Virus record (IMG/VR): IMGVR_UViG_2636415959_000001
Location: 1-33,961 of that record
Source: a virus
Lineage: Duplodnaviria; Heunggongvirae; Uroviricota; Caudoviricetes
Strand: one strand, 5' to 3'
DNA: 33,961 nucleotides
Position 1 is the stretch's first letter; the number at the start of each line of letters is the position of its first letter. The notes beneath the pieces were generated by a model that had not been told where the DNA came from, ran no database searches, and saw only the letters and a list, made by a program, of their open reading frames with translations. Below, piece after piece: positions 16,028 through 25,986 of this stretch. A program made the translations under genes and the position numbers.

Positions 16028-17268
16028 TGTTCTTTTCGGGATTATTTCAACGAAAAAGTGACGCACCGATGACCACGCCAGCAGAGCTGGCGGAGGCTAT
16101 CGGGTTGTCCTACGACACCTATACCGGAAAGCAGATCAGCAGCCAGCGGGCCATGCGACTGACGGCGGTTTTTTCCTGCGTCAGGGTGCTGGCAGAGTCG
16201 GTCGGGATGTTGCCCTGCAATCTGTATCACCTGAACGGCAGCCTGAAACAGAGAGCCACCGGCGAGCGTCTGCATAAGCTGATCTCCACGCATCCCAATG
16301 GCTATATGACGCCGCAGGAGTTCTGGGAGCTGGTGGTCACCTGTCTGTGCCTGCGGGGAAACTTTTACGCCTACAAAGTGAAAGCATTTGGCGAAGTGGC
16401 TGAACTGCTGCCCGTCGATCCCGGCTGTGTGGTACCGAAGCTTAACAGTAGCTGGGAGCCGGTCTATCAGGTCACATTCCCGGATGGCTCCACGGATGTA
16501 CTGAGCCAGGAGGATATCTGGCATGTGCGCACGCTGACGCTGGACGGACTGGTGGGGCTGAATCCCATCGCCTATGCCCGCGAGGCAATATCGCTGGCGG
16601 CAGCGACCGAAGAGCACGGGGCCAGACTGTTCAGCAATGGCGCGGTGACGTCGGGTGTGTTGCGTACAGAGCAGACGCTGTCAGATCAGGCTTATGAGCG
16701 CCTGAAGAAAGATTTTGAGGAGCGTCACACCGGGCTTGGCAATGCTCACCGCCCGATGATCCTTGAGATGGGGCTGGACTGGAAGTCGATGGCGCTGAAC
16801 GCCGAGGACAGCCAGTTCCTGGAAACCCGCAAGTTTCAGCTTGAAGAAATCTGTCGTCTGTTCCGGGTGCCGTTGCACATGGTGCAGAACACCGATCGCG
16901 CCACCTTCAACAATATCGAAGAGCTGGGGCTGGGATTTATCAACTATTCACTGGTGCCGTATCTGACCCGCATCGAACAGCGGATCAACACCGGACTGGT
17001 ACGAAAAAGTAAGCAGGGCGTTTATTACGCCAAATTTAACGCCGGGGCGTTACTGCGCGGGGATATGAAGTCCCGTTTTGAAGCCTACGCCACCGGGATC
17101 AACTGGGGAATTTACTCTCCCAATGACTGCCGCGACCTGGAAGATATGAATCCACGACCCGGTGGTGATGTCTATCTCACACCGATGAACATGACCACGA
17201 AACCCTCCGATGGCAGTAAAGCCGGTAAGCAGAAGGATAACGCCAATGCAGACGAAACAACGTCTTGA
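16027..17268 (+). CDS. Portal protein (HK97 family)
   Basis: 413 aa; position after terL, before prohead protease; alternative start ATG 16069 (MTTPAELAEA). Confidence 0.8.
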   Translation: MFFSGLFQRKSDAPMTTPAELAEAIGLSYDTYTGKQISSQRAMRLTAVFSCVRVLAESVGMLPCNLYHLNGSLKQRATGERLHKLISTHPNGYMTPQEFWELVVTCLCLRGNFYAYKVKAFGEVAELLPVDPGCVVPKLNSSWEPVYQVTFPDGSTDVLSQEDIWHVRTLTLDGLVGLNPIAYAREAISLAAATEEHGARLFSNGAVTSGVLRTEQTLSDQAYERLKKDFEERHTGLGNAHRPMILEMGLDWKSMALNAEDSQFLETRKFQLEEICRLFRVPLHMVQNTDRATFNNIEELGLGFINYSLVPYLTRIEQRINTGLVRKSKQGVYYAKFNAGALLRGDMKSRFEAYATGINWGIYSPNDCRDLEDMNPRPGGDVYLTPMNMTTKPSDGSKAGKQKDNANADETTS

Positions 17269-17896
17269 TGTACCGCTGAGTCTGAAATCTGTCAGTGACT
17301 CCGGTGAGTTTGAAGGGTATGGCTCCGTCTTTGGTGTAAAGGACAGCCACGATGATGTGGTGATGTCCGGGGCATTTGCTGCTTCCCTGCGGGCGTGGAG
17401 TGACAGAAAAGCGTTACCTGCGCTGCTCTGGCAGCACCGCATGGATGAACCCATCGGTGTTTACACTGAAATGAAGGAAGACGATGTCGGGCTTTACGTC
17501 AGGGGACGGTTGCTTATTGATGATGATCCCCTCGCAAAACGCGCACATGCACACATGAAGGCCGGTTCGTTAACCGGCCTTTCTATTGGGTACGTCCTGA
17601 AAGACTGGGAATACGACCGGAGCAAAGAAGCCTTTCTGCTGAAAGAAATCGACCTCTGGGAAGTCAGCCTGGTGACGTTCCCGTCTAACGACGAGGCGCG
17701 GATCAGCGACGTCAAGAACGCACTGGCCCGCGGGGAAATCCCCGAACAGAAAAAAATCGAAAGAGTCCTGCGTGATGTCGGACTCTCCCGTACCCAGGCC
17801 AAAGCATTCATGGCCGGGGGCTATGGCGCACTGTCCCTGCGCGACGCTGAGGATGTGGGCTCTGCACTGAATGCACTGAAAAATCTGAACTTCTAA
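17246..17896 (+). CDS. Prohead protease (HK97 family)
   Basis: 216 aa from ATG 17246; ..SGEFEGYGSVFGVKDSHDDVVMSGAF.. typical of HK97-type prohead protease. Confidence 0.8.
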   Translation: MQTKQRLDVPLSLKSVSDSGEFEGYGSVFGVKDSHDDVVMSGAFAASLRAWSDRKALPALLWQHRMDEPIGVYTEMKEDDVGLYVRGRLLIDDDPLAKRAHAHMKAGSLTGLSIGYVLKDWEYDRSKEAFLLKEIDLWEVSLVTFPSNDEARISDVKNALARGEIPEQKKIERVLRDVGLSRTQAKAFMAGGYGALSLRDAEDVGSALNALKNLNF

Positions 17897-17910
17897 TCAG
17901 GAGAAATACG

Positions 17911-19116
17911 ATGGCGGTTGATATTAAAGATGTGGAACAGGTCGCGCAGGAGCTGCAGCAGAAGTTTGACGACTTCAAAGCAAAGAACGACAAGCGCGTG
18001 GATGCGATTGAGCAGGAAAAAGGCAAGCTTGCCGGGCAGGTGGAAACCCTGAACGGGAAACTCAGCGAGCTGGAAAATCTCAAAAGCGACCTTGAAAAAG
18101 AGCTGCTTGAGCTGAAACGTCCGGCAGGTGGAGCGCAAAATAAACTGGCCACCGAGCATAAAGAGGCGTTTGTGGGCTTCCTGCGTAAAGGCCGTGAAGA
18201 CGGTCTGCGCGATCTGGAGCGTAAGGCATTGCAGGTGGGTACCGATGAAGACGGTGGCTACGCCGTGCCGGAAGAACTGGATCGCAACATTCTTAACCTG
18301 CTGAAAGATGAAGTGGTGATGCGTCAGGAAGCCACGGTGATCACCGTTGGCGGTTCCGACTACAAAAAACTGGTGAATCTGGGCGGTACGGCTTCCGGAT
18401 GGGTGGGGGAAACGGATACGCGAGCCCAGACTGCCACCTCCAGACTGGAGCTGATTGAACCTCTCATGGGGGAAATCTACGGCAACCCGCAGGCTACCCA
18501 GAAAATGCTGGACGATGCCTTCTTCAACGTGGAGGCCTGGATCAACAGCGAGCTGGCAACCGAATTTGCCGAACAGGAAGAAATTGCCTTTACCTCAGGC
18601 GATGGCACCAAGAAGCCGAAAGGGTTCCTGGCGTATGAATCCACTGATGAAACCGACAAGGTCCGGGCGTTCGGCAAACTTCAGCATATTGTATCCGGCG
18701 AAGCGACCGCGGTGACCGCAGACGCCATTATCAAACTGATTTACACGCTGCGTAAGGCACACCGCACTGGCGCGAAGTTCATGATGAACAACAACAGCCT
18801 GTTTGCCATCCGTCTGCTGAAAGACACCGAGGGTAACTATCTGTGGCGTCCGGGGCTGGAACTGGGGCAGCCGTCCTCTCTGGCGGGTTACGGTATCGCT
18901 GAAAACGAACAGATGCCGGATATCGCCGCTGATGCGAAAGCCATTGCATTTGGTAACTTCAAACGGGGTTACACCATCGTTGACCGTATCGGCACCCGCA
19001 TTCTGCGTGACCCGTACACCAATAAACCGTTTGTCGGTTTTTATACCACCAAGCGCACCGGCGGGATGCTGGTCGATTCGCAGGCCATCAAACTGCTGAA
19101 GATTGCAGCGGCGTAA
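17911..19116 (+). CDS. Major capsid protein (HK97 fold) with N-terminal coiled-coil scaffold/delta domain
   Basis: 401 aa; N-terminal ~100 aa coiled coil; position after protease. Confidence 0.85.
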   Translation: MAVDIKDVEQVAQELQQKFDDFKAKNDKRVDAIEQEKGKLAGQVETLNGKLSELENLKSDLEKELLELKRPAGGAQNKLATEHKEAFVGFLRKGREDGLRDLERKALQVGTDEDGGYAVPEELDRNILNLLKDEVVMRQEATVITVGGSDYKKLVNLGGTASGWVGETDTRAQTATSRLELIEPLMGEIYGNPQATQKMLDDAFFNVEAWINSELATEFAEQEEIAFTSGDGTKKPKGFLAYESTDETDKVRAFGKLQHIVSGEATAVTADAIIKLIYTLRKAHRTGAKFMMNNNSLFAIRLLKDTEGNYLWRPGLELGQPSSLAGYGIAENEQMPDIAADAKAIAFGNFKRGYTIVDRIGTRILRDPYTNKPFVGFYTTKRTGGMLVDSQAIKLLKIAAA

Positions 19117-19165
19117 TCACTCAGGGGCGCGGAACCGCGCCCCCTGTTCTGACGGGTGAAGAATC

Positions 19166-19366
19166 ATGATCCTGAAACAAGATCTGAAATGGTCACCGGA
19201 CGGTATGCGTGTTGAGGTCATTCGGGCCGGTGAGTATGACGACGGGGCGCTTCCTGCCCGGGTGCAGGAGATTGCACTTCAGGCCGGGTTAGCAGAGCGC
19301 GGAATCAGTGCAAAAAGCAGTAAAGCGGCAAAAGAGAAAAAAGCCACGACCAGTAAAGAGGGCTGA
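19166..19366 (+). CDS. Hypothetical small head-module protein (66 aa)
   Basis: ORF between capsid and connector genes; Lys-rich C-terminus. Confidence 0.4.
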   Translation: MILKQDLKWSPDGMRVEVIRAGEYDDGALPARVQEIALQAGLAERGISAKSSKAAKEKKATTSKEG

Positions 19367-19368
19367 GT

Positions 19369-19692
19369 ATGCTTCTGACAATGGAAGAGATTAAAGCCCA
19401 ACTCCGGCTGGATGAGGATTTCGATGCTGATGACCGCCATCTGCAACTGCTGGCCTGTGCGGCGCAAAAGCGGACGGAAACGTATCTGAACCGGAAGCTC
19501 TATGCTCCGGATGAAACCATTCCGGACAGCGATCCGGACGGGCTGCACCTGCCGGATGATATTCGTCTGGGGATGCTGATGCTTATCAGCCATTTTTACG
19601 AAAACCGCTCGTCGGTTACGGAAGTGGAGAAACTCGACATGCCGCAGAGTTTTGGCTGGCTTGTCGGCCCGTACAGGTACTTTCCGCAATGA
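19369..19692 (+). CDS. Head-tail connector protein (gp6-like)
   Basis: 107 aa; position and acidic N-terminus typical of head-tail connector / DNA-packaging proteins. Confidence 0.6.
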   Translation: MLLTMEEIKAQLRLDEDFDADDRHLQLLACAAQKRTETYLNRKLYAPDETIPDSDPDGLHLPDDIRLGMLMLISHFYENRSSVTEVEKLDMPQSFGWLVGPYRYFPQ

Positions 19693-20099
19693 AAATTCGT
19701 CAGGCGCAGACCAGCGCAACCTACATTCTGCCGGACCCCGGTGAACTGAATAAACGCGTCCTGATCCGCCAGCGGGTGGATATGCCCGCGGATAACTTTG
19801 GCGTGGATCCTCAATACCCGGTTGCGTTCCGGACATGGGCGAAGGTTGTCCAGACCAGTGCCACCACCTGGCAGGAAACAGCGCAGACCGGGGACGCCAT
19901 CACCCATTACATCACCATTCGTTACCGCCGGGGGATCACCGCTGATTATGAGGTGGTCTGCGGTGACAGTGTGTACCGGGTGAAACGTCAGCGCGATCTG
20001 AACGGGGCGCGGCGCTTTCTGCTGCTGGAGTGTACGGAACTGGGCGAATTTACGCAGAGTCACGGAGGCAGCAATGGCGACTCCCTTTTTTCACGTTGA
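19689..20099 (+). CDS. Head closure / head-tail adaptor protein
   Basis: 136 aa ORF in head-tail joining position; 4-nt overlap with the upstream gene. Confidence 0.55.
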   Translation: MKIRQAQTSATYILPDPGELNKRVLIRQRVDMPADNFGVDPQYPVAFRTWAKVVQTSATTWQETAQTGDAITHYITIRYRRGITADYEVVCGDSVYRVKRQRDLNGARRFLLLECTELGEFTQSHGGSNGDSLFSR

Positions 20100-20580
20100 T
20101 GTTCAGCAGCCCGCGGAGATGCGCTTTAACCGTGCCCGTGTCCGGCGGGCGTTTGTCACGATTGGGCAGCGTCATATGCGTGATGCCCGTCGGCTGGTGA
20201 TGCGCCGTGCGCGGTCGGCACCGGGTGAAAACCCCGGTTATCAGACCGGACGCCTGGCTCGTTCGATTGGTTACATGGTGCCGGGAGCCAGTAAAAAGCG
20301 AGCCGGTTTTATGACACGCATTGCCCCTAACCAGCGCAACGGGAAGGGGAACCGGATGATCTCTGGTGACTTCTATCCGGCGTTTCTGTTTTTTGGTGTC
20401 CGGGGAGGAGCAAAGCGTCGTCGCAGCCATCATCGTGGTGCATCCGGTGGCAGCGGCTGGCGACTGGCTCCACGTAATAACTTTATGGTGGAAACGCTTG
20501 AAAAGAACCGCAGCTGGACACGCTATTTTCTGGCGCGGGAATTACGTAAATCACTGAAGCCGGAGCGACGACACAGATGA
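20074..20580 (+). CDS. HK97 gp10-like neck / tail-completion protein
   Basis: 168 aa, basic; position; start uncertain (alternative internal ATG near 20119). Confidence 0.55.
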   Translation: MATPFFHVDVQQPAEMRFNRARVRRAFVTIGQRHMRDARRLVMRRARSAPGENPGYQTGRLARSIGYMVPGASKKRAGFMTRIAPNQRNGKGNRMISGDFYPAFLFFGVRGGAKRRRSHHRGASGGSGWRLAPRNNFMVETLEKNRSWTRYFLARELRKSLKPERRHR

Positions 20581-21137
20581 AACTGACGCCTGTTATTGCT
20601 GCGCTGCGTGCCCGCTGCCCGTATTTTGAAAACCGGGTGGCAGGCGCGGCACAGTTCAAAAATCTGCCGGAGGTCGGAAAGCTGAGACTCCCGGCGGCAT
20701 ATGTTGTACCGGGTGATGACTATCCGGGAGAAAACAAAAGCCAGACCGACTACTGGCAGGAGCTGAAAGAGGGCTTCTCCGTGGTTATCATACTGAGTAA
20801 CGGGCGTGATGAGCGCGGTCAGTTTGCTTCGTATGATGTGGTGGACGATGTCCGGCAGATGCTCTTTAAGGCCCTGCTGGGCTGGAACCCGGAAGCGTGC
20901 GGTAACCCGATTACCTATGACGGCGGCACGCTGCTGGATCTGAATCGTCATGAGCTGATTTATCAGTTCGATTTTTCGGTCATCAGCGAGCTGACCGAAG
21001 ACGATACCCGCCAGCAGGATGACCTGAACAGTCTGGATGAACTGCGAACGCTGGCGATTGATGTTGATTATCTCGATCCCGGTAACGGGCCTGACGGCGA
21101 TATCGAACATCACACCGAAATAACCCTTCCTTCCTGA
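20577..21137 (+). CDS. Tail-associated structural protein (tail terminator/neck candidate)
   Basis: 186 aa, acidic; immediately upstream of the sheath operon. Confidence 0.5.
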   Translation: MKLTPVIAALRARCPYFENRVAGAAQFKNLPEVGKLRLPAAYVVPGDDYPGENKSQTDYWQELKEGFSVVIILSNGRDERGQFASYDVVDDVRQMLFKALLGWNPEACGNPITYDGGTLLDLNRHELIYQFDFSVISELTEDDTRQQDDLNSLDELRTLAIDVDYLDPGNGPDGDIEHHTEITLPS

Positions 21138-21145
21138 GAATCTTC

Positions 21146-21316
21146 ATGTTTGTGAAACCTGTTAAAGGGCGGTCAGTTCCTGACCCTGCCCGTGGCGACC
21201 TTTTGCCCGCCGAGGGGCGAAATGTTGATGAGAACAACTACTGGCTGCGCCGTGAAGCAGCGGGTGATATCCGGCGCGTGAATAAAAAGGTGAATACCGA
21301 TGACGATAAGCTTTAA
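21146..21316 (+). CDS. Small conserved protein preceding the tail sheath (56 aa), below ORF-track cutoff
   Basis: Hand translation MFVKPVKGRSVPDPARGDLLPAEGRNVDENNYWLRREAAGDIRRVNKKVNTDDDKL; overlaps the sheath start by 17 nt. Confidence 0.4.
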   Translation: MFVKPVKGRSVPDPARGDLLPAEGRNVDENNYWLRREAAGDIRRVNKKVNTDDDKL

Positions 21317-22796
21317 CACCATTCCGTCGAATACGCTGGTTCCGTTGTTTTATGCGGAAATGGATAACCAGGCGGCGAATACTGCACAGGACAGCGGAGC
21401 ATCGCTGCTGATTGGTCATGCCAATAACGGTGCAGAGATTGTTGCCAACAGTCTGGTGCTGATGCCGTCGGCAGACTATGCACGCCAGATTTGTGGTGCG
21501 GGAAGTCAGCTGGCGCGTATGGTTGAGGCTTATCGCCAGACCGACCCGTTTGGTGAGCTGTATGTGATTGCCGTTCCGGAAGCCACAGGCGCGGCGGCAA
21601 CGGTTACGCTGACGGTGACCGGGGAAGCAACCGAAAGCGGCACGGTGAATGTCTATGTGGGACGTACCCGCGTGCAGGCTCCGGTGACCAACGGCGATAA
21701 CGTCACGACGATTGCCAGCAGTATCCAGGATGCCATCAATGCCGTTCCGACTCTGCCGTTTACAGCTTCATCTTCGGCTGGCGTGGTCACACTGACCGCG
21801 CGTCATAAGGGGCTTTGCGGGAATGAAATTCCTGTCAGCCTCAATTACTACGGCTTTGGTGGGGGCGAAGTGCTGCCTGCGGGCGTACAGATTGCCGTGG
21901 CGACGGGGACCGCCGGAACGGGCTCTCCTGTTCTCACCGGCGCGGTGGCTGCAATGGCGGATGAGCCGTTTGATTATATCGGCCTGCCATTCAACGACAC
22001 GGCCTCCGTTAACACGCTGGTGACCGAGATGAACGATACCAGCGGTCGCTGGAGCTATGCGCGTCAGCTGTATGGTCATGTGTATACGGCAAAGATCGGC
22101 ACGCTGTCAGAACTGGTGACCGCAGGTGATCAGTTTAACCAGCAGCACATTACCCTGGCGGGGTACGAAAAAGAGACCCAGACGCCTGCTGACGAGCTGG
22201 CGGCAAGCCGTACCGCCCGCGCAGCGGTGTTTATTCGCAACGATCCGGCACGTCCCACGCAGACCGGTGAGCTGGTGGGTATGCTGCCTGCGCCGAAGGG
22301 GAAACGGTTCACGATGACCGAACAACAGACCCTGCTGTCTCATGGCGTGGCAACGGCGTATGTCGAAAGTGGGGTACTGCGCACTCAGCGTGATGTCACC
22401 ACGTACAGGAAAAACGCTTACGGGGTTGCGGATAACAGCTACCTCGACAGTGAGACACTGCATACCAGCGCGTATGTACTGCGCAAACTGAAATCCGTCA
22501 TTACCAGTAAGTACGGGCGTCACAAGCTTGCCAGCGACGGTACCCGCTTTGGTCCCGGTCAGGCGATTGTCACCCCGGCGGTAATCAAAGGGGAACTGCT
22601 GGCAACCTACCGTCAGCTTGAGCGTGCGGGGATCGTGGAAAACTACGAACTGTTTAAGCAGTACCTGGTTGTGGAGCGTGATGCCAGCGATCCGAACCGC
22701 CTGAACACGCTGTTCCCGCCTGACTATGTTAACCAGTTGCGTGTTTTTGCCGTGGTTAACCAGTTCCGTCTTCAGTATTCAGAGGAGTCTGCATAA
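21300..22796 (+). CDS. Contractile tail sheath protein (Mu L-like)
   Basis: 498 aa; first gene of a sheath-tube-chaperone-tape-measure series. Confidence 0.8.
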   Translation: MTISFNTIPSNTLVPLFYAEMDNQAANTAQDSGASLLIGHANNGAEIVANSLVLMPSADYARQICGAGSQLARMVEAYRQTDPFGELYVIAVPEATGAAATVTLTVTGEATESGTVNVYVGRTRVQAPVTNGDNVTTIASSIQDAINAVPTLPFTASSSAGVVTLTARHKGLCGNEIPVSLNYYGFGGGEVLPAGVQIAVATGTAGTGSPVLTGAVAAMADEPFDYIGLPFNDTASVNTLVTEMNDTSGRWSYARQLYGHVYTAKIGTLSELVTAGDQFNQQHITLAGYEKETQTPADELAASRTARAAVFIRNDPARPTQTGELVGMLPAPKGKRFTMTEQQTLLSHGVATAYVESGVLRTQRDVTTYRKNAYGVADNSYLDSETLHTSAYVLRKLKSVITSKYGRHKLASDGTRFGPGQAIVTPAVIKGELLATYRQLERAGIVENYELFKQYLVVERDASDPNRLNTLFPPDYVNQLRVFAVVNQFRLQYSEESA

Positions 22797-23152
22797 TGGC
22801 CCGTATCGGGGGAACCTGTTATTTCAAAATTGACGGTCAGCAGCTATCGCTGACCGGCGGCATTGAGGTGCCCATGAACAGGACGGTCAATGATGACATC
22901 ATCGGCCTGGACGGTTCAGTGGACCGCAAGGAAACTCACCGTGCGCCTTATGTCAAAGGGACCTTCAAGGTGCCGAAGAATTTTCCGGTGAGCAAAATCA
23001 CCTCGTCTGATGAGATGACCATCACTGCCGAGCTGGCGAACGGTCAGGTCTATGTATTGTCGTCCGCCTGGCTGCACGGAGAAGCGAACCATAATGCCGA
23101 AGAAGGCACGGTTGATCTTGAGTTCCACGGTGAAGAAGGGGATTACCAGTAA
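22796..23152 (+). CDS. Tail tube protein (Mu M-like)
   Basis: 118 aa directly after the sheath with ATGA-type overlap. Confidence 0.75.
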   Translation: MARIGGTCYFKIDGQQLSLTGGIEVPMNRTVNDDIIGLDGSVDRKETHRAPYVKGTFKVPKNFPVSKITSSDEMTITAELANGQVYVLSSAWLHGEANHNAEEGTVDLEFHGEEGDYQ

Positions 23153-23421
23153 TGAAAGAGCTTGAGTTAAAGAAACCGATTATCGCTCATGGTGAGACAC
23201 TCTCCGTACTGGAGTTTGATGAGCCCACCGGGAAAGATGTCCGCGAGCTGGGATATCCCTACCAGATGAATCAGGATGAGTCCGTCAGACTTCTGGCGCA
23301 TGTGGTATCGAAATACATCGTGCGGCTGGCGAAAGTGCCGCAAAGCTCTGTCGACCAGATGTCTCCGGCAGACCTGAATGCAGCGGCGTGGCTTGTGGCC
23401 GGTTTTTTCCTCCAGGCCTGA
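23152..23421 (+). CDS. Tail assembly chaperone (short form)
   Basis: 89 aa directly upstream of the tape measure; contains slippery T_TTT_TTC at its 3' end. Confidence 0.65.
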   Translation: MKELELKKPIIAHGETLSVLEFDEPTGKDVRELGYPYQMNQDESVRLLAHVVSKYIVRLAKVPQSSVDQMSPADLNAAAWLVAGFFLQA

Positions 23422-23570
23422 CGGCTGAATACCTCACTGATCGCTTCTTTGACTGCGCCAGTTACTGGCGCATTAATCCCTTCGAATTGCTGAATATGCC
23501 GATCAGTGAAATTCCCTTGCTGGTCAGTCAGGCAAACAGGATAGAGCAGGAGAAACGCACACATGGCTGA
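23152..23570 (+). CDS. Tail assembly chaperone, predicted -1 frameshift fusion product
   Basis: Slippery heptamer TTTTTTC (23403-23409) in the 0 frame (GGT TTT TTC); a -1 shift enters the overlapping ORF that ends at 23570. Confidence 0.5.
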
Positions 23571-25530
23571 ATTTGAGCTTAAGGCGTTGATCACCGGTGT
23601 CGACAGGCTTTCTCCCGCGCTGTCGAAAATGCAAAAGAAAATCCGGGGATTTAAACGCCAGGCGGAAGAAGCGTCAAAGGGTGGGCTGGCGCTTGGTGGC
23701 GGACTGGCAGCGGGTCTGACGCTTTCCCTGAAATCTTATGCCGATCAGGAAAACGCCGCCACCGGGCTGAAAGTCGCCATGATGGATGCGAATGGCGAGG
23801 TTGGAAAGAGCTTTCAGGACATCAATAAACTGGCTATTGGCCTGGGTAACCAGCTACCCGGTACAACGGCTGATTTCCAGAACATGATGCAGATGCTGGT
23901 GCGTCAGGGGATCCCGGCAGAAAACATTCTTGGCGGTGTGGGTAAAGCGACAGCTTATCTTGCGGTACAACTGAAAAAAACACCGGAAGCGGCTGCTGAG
24001 TTTGCTGCAAAGATGCAGGATGCTACCGGAACGGCGTCAGAAGACATGATGGGGCTGTTCGACACTATCCAGAAGGCGTTTTATCTGGGCGTTGACGATA
24101 CCAACATGTTGTCCTTCTTCACTAAAACCAGTTCTGTTCTGAAGATGGTGAACAAGGACGGTCTTCAGGCTGCACAGAGCCTTGCCCCCATCAGCGTCAT
24201 GATGGATCAGATGGGGATGAACGGGGAGTCGGCAGGTAATGCCCTGCGAAAAGTTATCCAGTCCGGATTAAGCGTTAAGAAAATCAGGGACGTCAATAAA
24301 ATCATGGCCCGCCAGAAACTCGGGGTACAGCTCGATTTTACTGACGGCAAAGGAAGTTTTGGCGGTCTTGATAACATGTTCAGGCAACTGGCAAAGCTGC
24401 GAAAACTGACCGACGTTAAGCGAACAGGCGTACTTAAGGCAATATTTGGTGATGATGCCGAAACCCTTCAGGTGGTCAATGCACTAATCGATAAAGGAAA
24501 GGATGGTTACGATCAGATCCAGCAGAAGATGAATAAACAGGCCAGCCTGAATAAACGTGTTCAGGCACAGCTTGGTACGCTGTCCAACCTGTGGGAGGCA
24601 ATGACGGGGACCGCAACTAACGGCCTTGCGGCTATTGGCGGCGCATTTTCTGGTGACGCCAAAAATATCACGCAATGGCTGGGGGAGTTGGGGGAAAAAT
24701 TCACGAAGTTTGCGGATGAAAATCCCCGGGTTATTCGCGGCGTCGTCGGGCTTGCTGCCGGTCTTGCGATTCTGAAACTGGGATTGATGGGCGTGGGCAG
24801 TGCCATCAGTATCGTCAGCAGGATCATGTCGATGACGCCGATTGGCATGATTGCGACGGCGATTGCCTTGGCTGCGGGATTAATTATCACTAACTGGGAT
24901 GTTGTTGGACCTTATTTCAAGAAGCTCTGGGAAACCATTGGTCCTTATTTTGAGGCTGGCTGGGAACTTCTGAAGAAGGTTTTTGCCTGGTCGCCGCTGG
25001 GGATGGTAATCAATAACTGGGGACCGGTTGTTAAGTGGTTTCAGGATATGTGGGACAAGCTGAAGCCAATTATTGAGTGGTTTACCGACAGTTCCGGTGA
25101 CACGGTCGATGCCATTAACTCGGCGCAGTGGGGCGCGGGTGCTTATGATGCTTATGGGACGGGAATACCGGCGCGGGGATACACACCTTATCCGGCGGTA
25201 GATCCGGCTCAGTCAAACAACGCCTCCGGTGACACGGTCGATGCCATTAACTCGGCGCAGTGGGGCGCGGGTGCTTATGATGCTTATGGGACGGGAATAC
25301 CGGCGCGGGGATACACACCTTATCCGGCGGTAGATCCGGCTCAGTCAAACAACGCCTCCGATGCTACAGGCCCGAATCCCTTCATGATTAACAAAGCTTC
25401 TGCGCCAAAAGTTGACGGTGAGATCAAGGTCTCTTTTGTGAATTCGCCTCCGGGTATGCGGGTTATGGAAACGCGATCCAGCGGTTTTGATATAAATCAC
25501 GATGTTGGCTATACGCATATTGGCAGATGA
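23563..25530 (+). CDS. Tail tape measure protein
   Basis: 655 aa; helical/Gly-Ala-rich membrane-like segments; contains a perfect in-frame 132-bp tandem duplication. Confidence 0.85.
   Translation: MAEFELKALITGVDRLSPALSKMQKKIRGFKRQAEEASKGGLALGGGLAAGLTLSLKSYADQENAATGLKVAMMDANGEVGKSFQDINKLAIGLGNQLPGTTADFQNMMQMLVRQGIPAENILGGVGKATAYLAVQLKKTPEAAAEFAAKMQDATGTASEDMMGLFDTIQKAFYLGVDDTNMLSFFTKTSSVLKMVNKDGLQAAQSLAPISVMMDQMGMNGESAGNALRKVIQSGLSVKKIRDVNKIMARQKLGVQLDFTDGKGSFGGLDNMFRQLAKLRKLTDVKRTGVLKAIFGDDAETLQVVNALIDKGKDGYDQIQQKMNKQASLNKRVQAQLGTLSNLWEAMTGTATNGLAAIGGAFSGDAKNITQWLGELGEKFTKFADENPRVIRGVVGLAAGLAILKLGLMGVGSAISIVSRIMSMTPIGMIATAIALAAGLIITNWDVVGPYFKKLWETIGPYFEAGWELLKKVFAWSPLGMVINNWGPVVKWFQDMWDKLKPIIEWFTDSSGDTVDAINSAQWGAGAYDAYGTGIPARGYTPYPAVDPAQSNNASGDTVDAINSAQWGAGAYDAYGTGIPARGYTPYPAVDPAQSNNASDATGPNPFMINKASAPKVDGEIKVSFVNSPPGMRVMETRSSGFDINHDVGYTHIGR
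25093..25356. repeat. Perfect tandem duplication (2 x 132 bp) inside the tape measure gene
   Basis: 25093-25224 and 25225-25356 read identical by eye (TCCGGTGACACGGTCGATGCC...CAAACAACGCC), encoding two copies of a 44-aa unit. Confidence 0.9.
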
Positions 25531-25546
25531 CGGAACCAGATATAAT
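25520..25546 (+). promoter_or_regulatory. Putative sigma70 promoter of the moron gene
   Basis: TTGGCA (25520-25525), 15-bp spacer (short), consensus TATAAT (25541-25546); overlaps the tape measure stop. Confidence 0.4.
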
Positions 25547-25582
25547 TTGTCTTTAAGTTTGTTATCAACTGAAGGGAAATCT

Positions 25583-25960
25583 ATGGGTCTGTTACATGCC
25601 ATTATAGGTAATGCCGGTGAAATTAATGCATCAGATGCACAACAGGAATTAGGGGCTGTTTTAGGTGAGGGAGAAAATGTCGAACTTGCCTATAAACTCA
25701 TTCGTGACCAAATTATTCTGACTAACAGAAGGTTAATTTTTATTGATAAGCAGGGTGTCACAGGGAAAAAAGTAGAGTATCGTTCGATTCCTTATAAATC
25801 TGTGACAAACTTTTCTATTGAAACCGCCGGGCATCTTGATCTTGATGCTGAAATGAAGATATGGATTTCTGGTATTGCAGAACCGATAAAAAAACAGTTC
25901 AGTAAAGGAGCAAACATTTATAAATTGCAGGCTCATCTGGCTCAAAAAATAGCAGGGTAA
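25583..25960 (+). CDS. AT-rich moron gene: hypothetical 125-aa protein, possibly a bacterial PH-like fold
   Basis: ATG 25583 with RBS GAAGGGA; codon usage markedly AT-richer than flanking tail genes; own promoter-like element and terminator; ..ILTNRRLIFIDKQGVTGKKVEYRSIPYKSVTNFSIE.. (fold assignment is a tentative recollection). Confidence 0.6.
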   Translation: MGLLHAIIGNAGEINASDAQQELGAVLGEGENVELAYKLIRDQIILTNRRLIFIDKQGVTGKKVEYRSIPYKSVTNFSIETAGHLDLDAEMKIWISGIAEPIKKQFSKGANIYKLQAHLAQKIAG

Positions 25961-25986
25961 ACCTTACATTAATTTATGTCTTTCAT

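Noticed and set aside
20523-21113. 196-aa minus-strand ORF across tail-module genes
   Set aside because: Antisense to co-linear, tightly packed plus-strand structural genes; Arg/Gln-rich low-complexity translation; shadow ORF.
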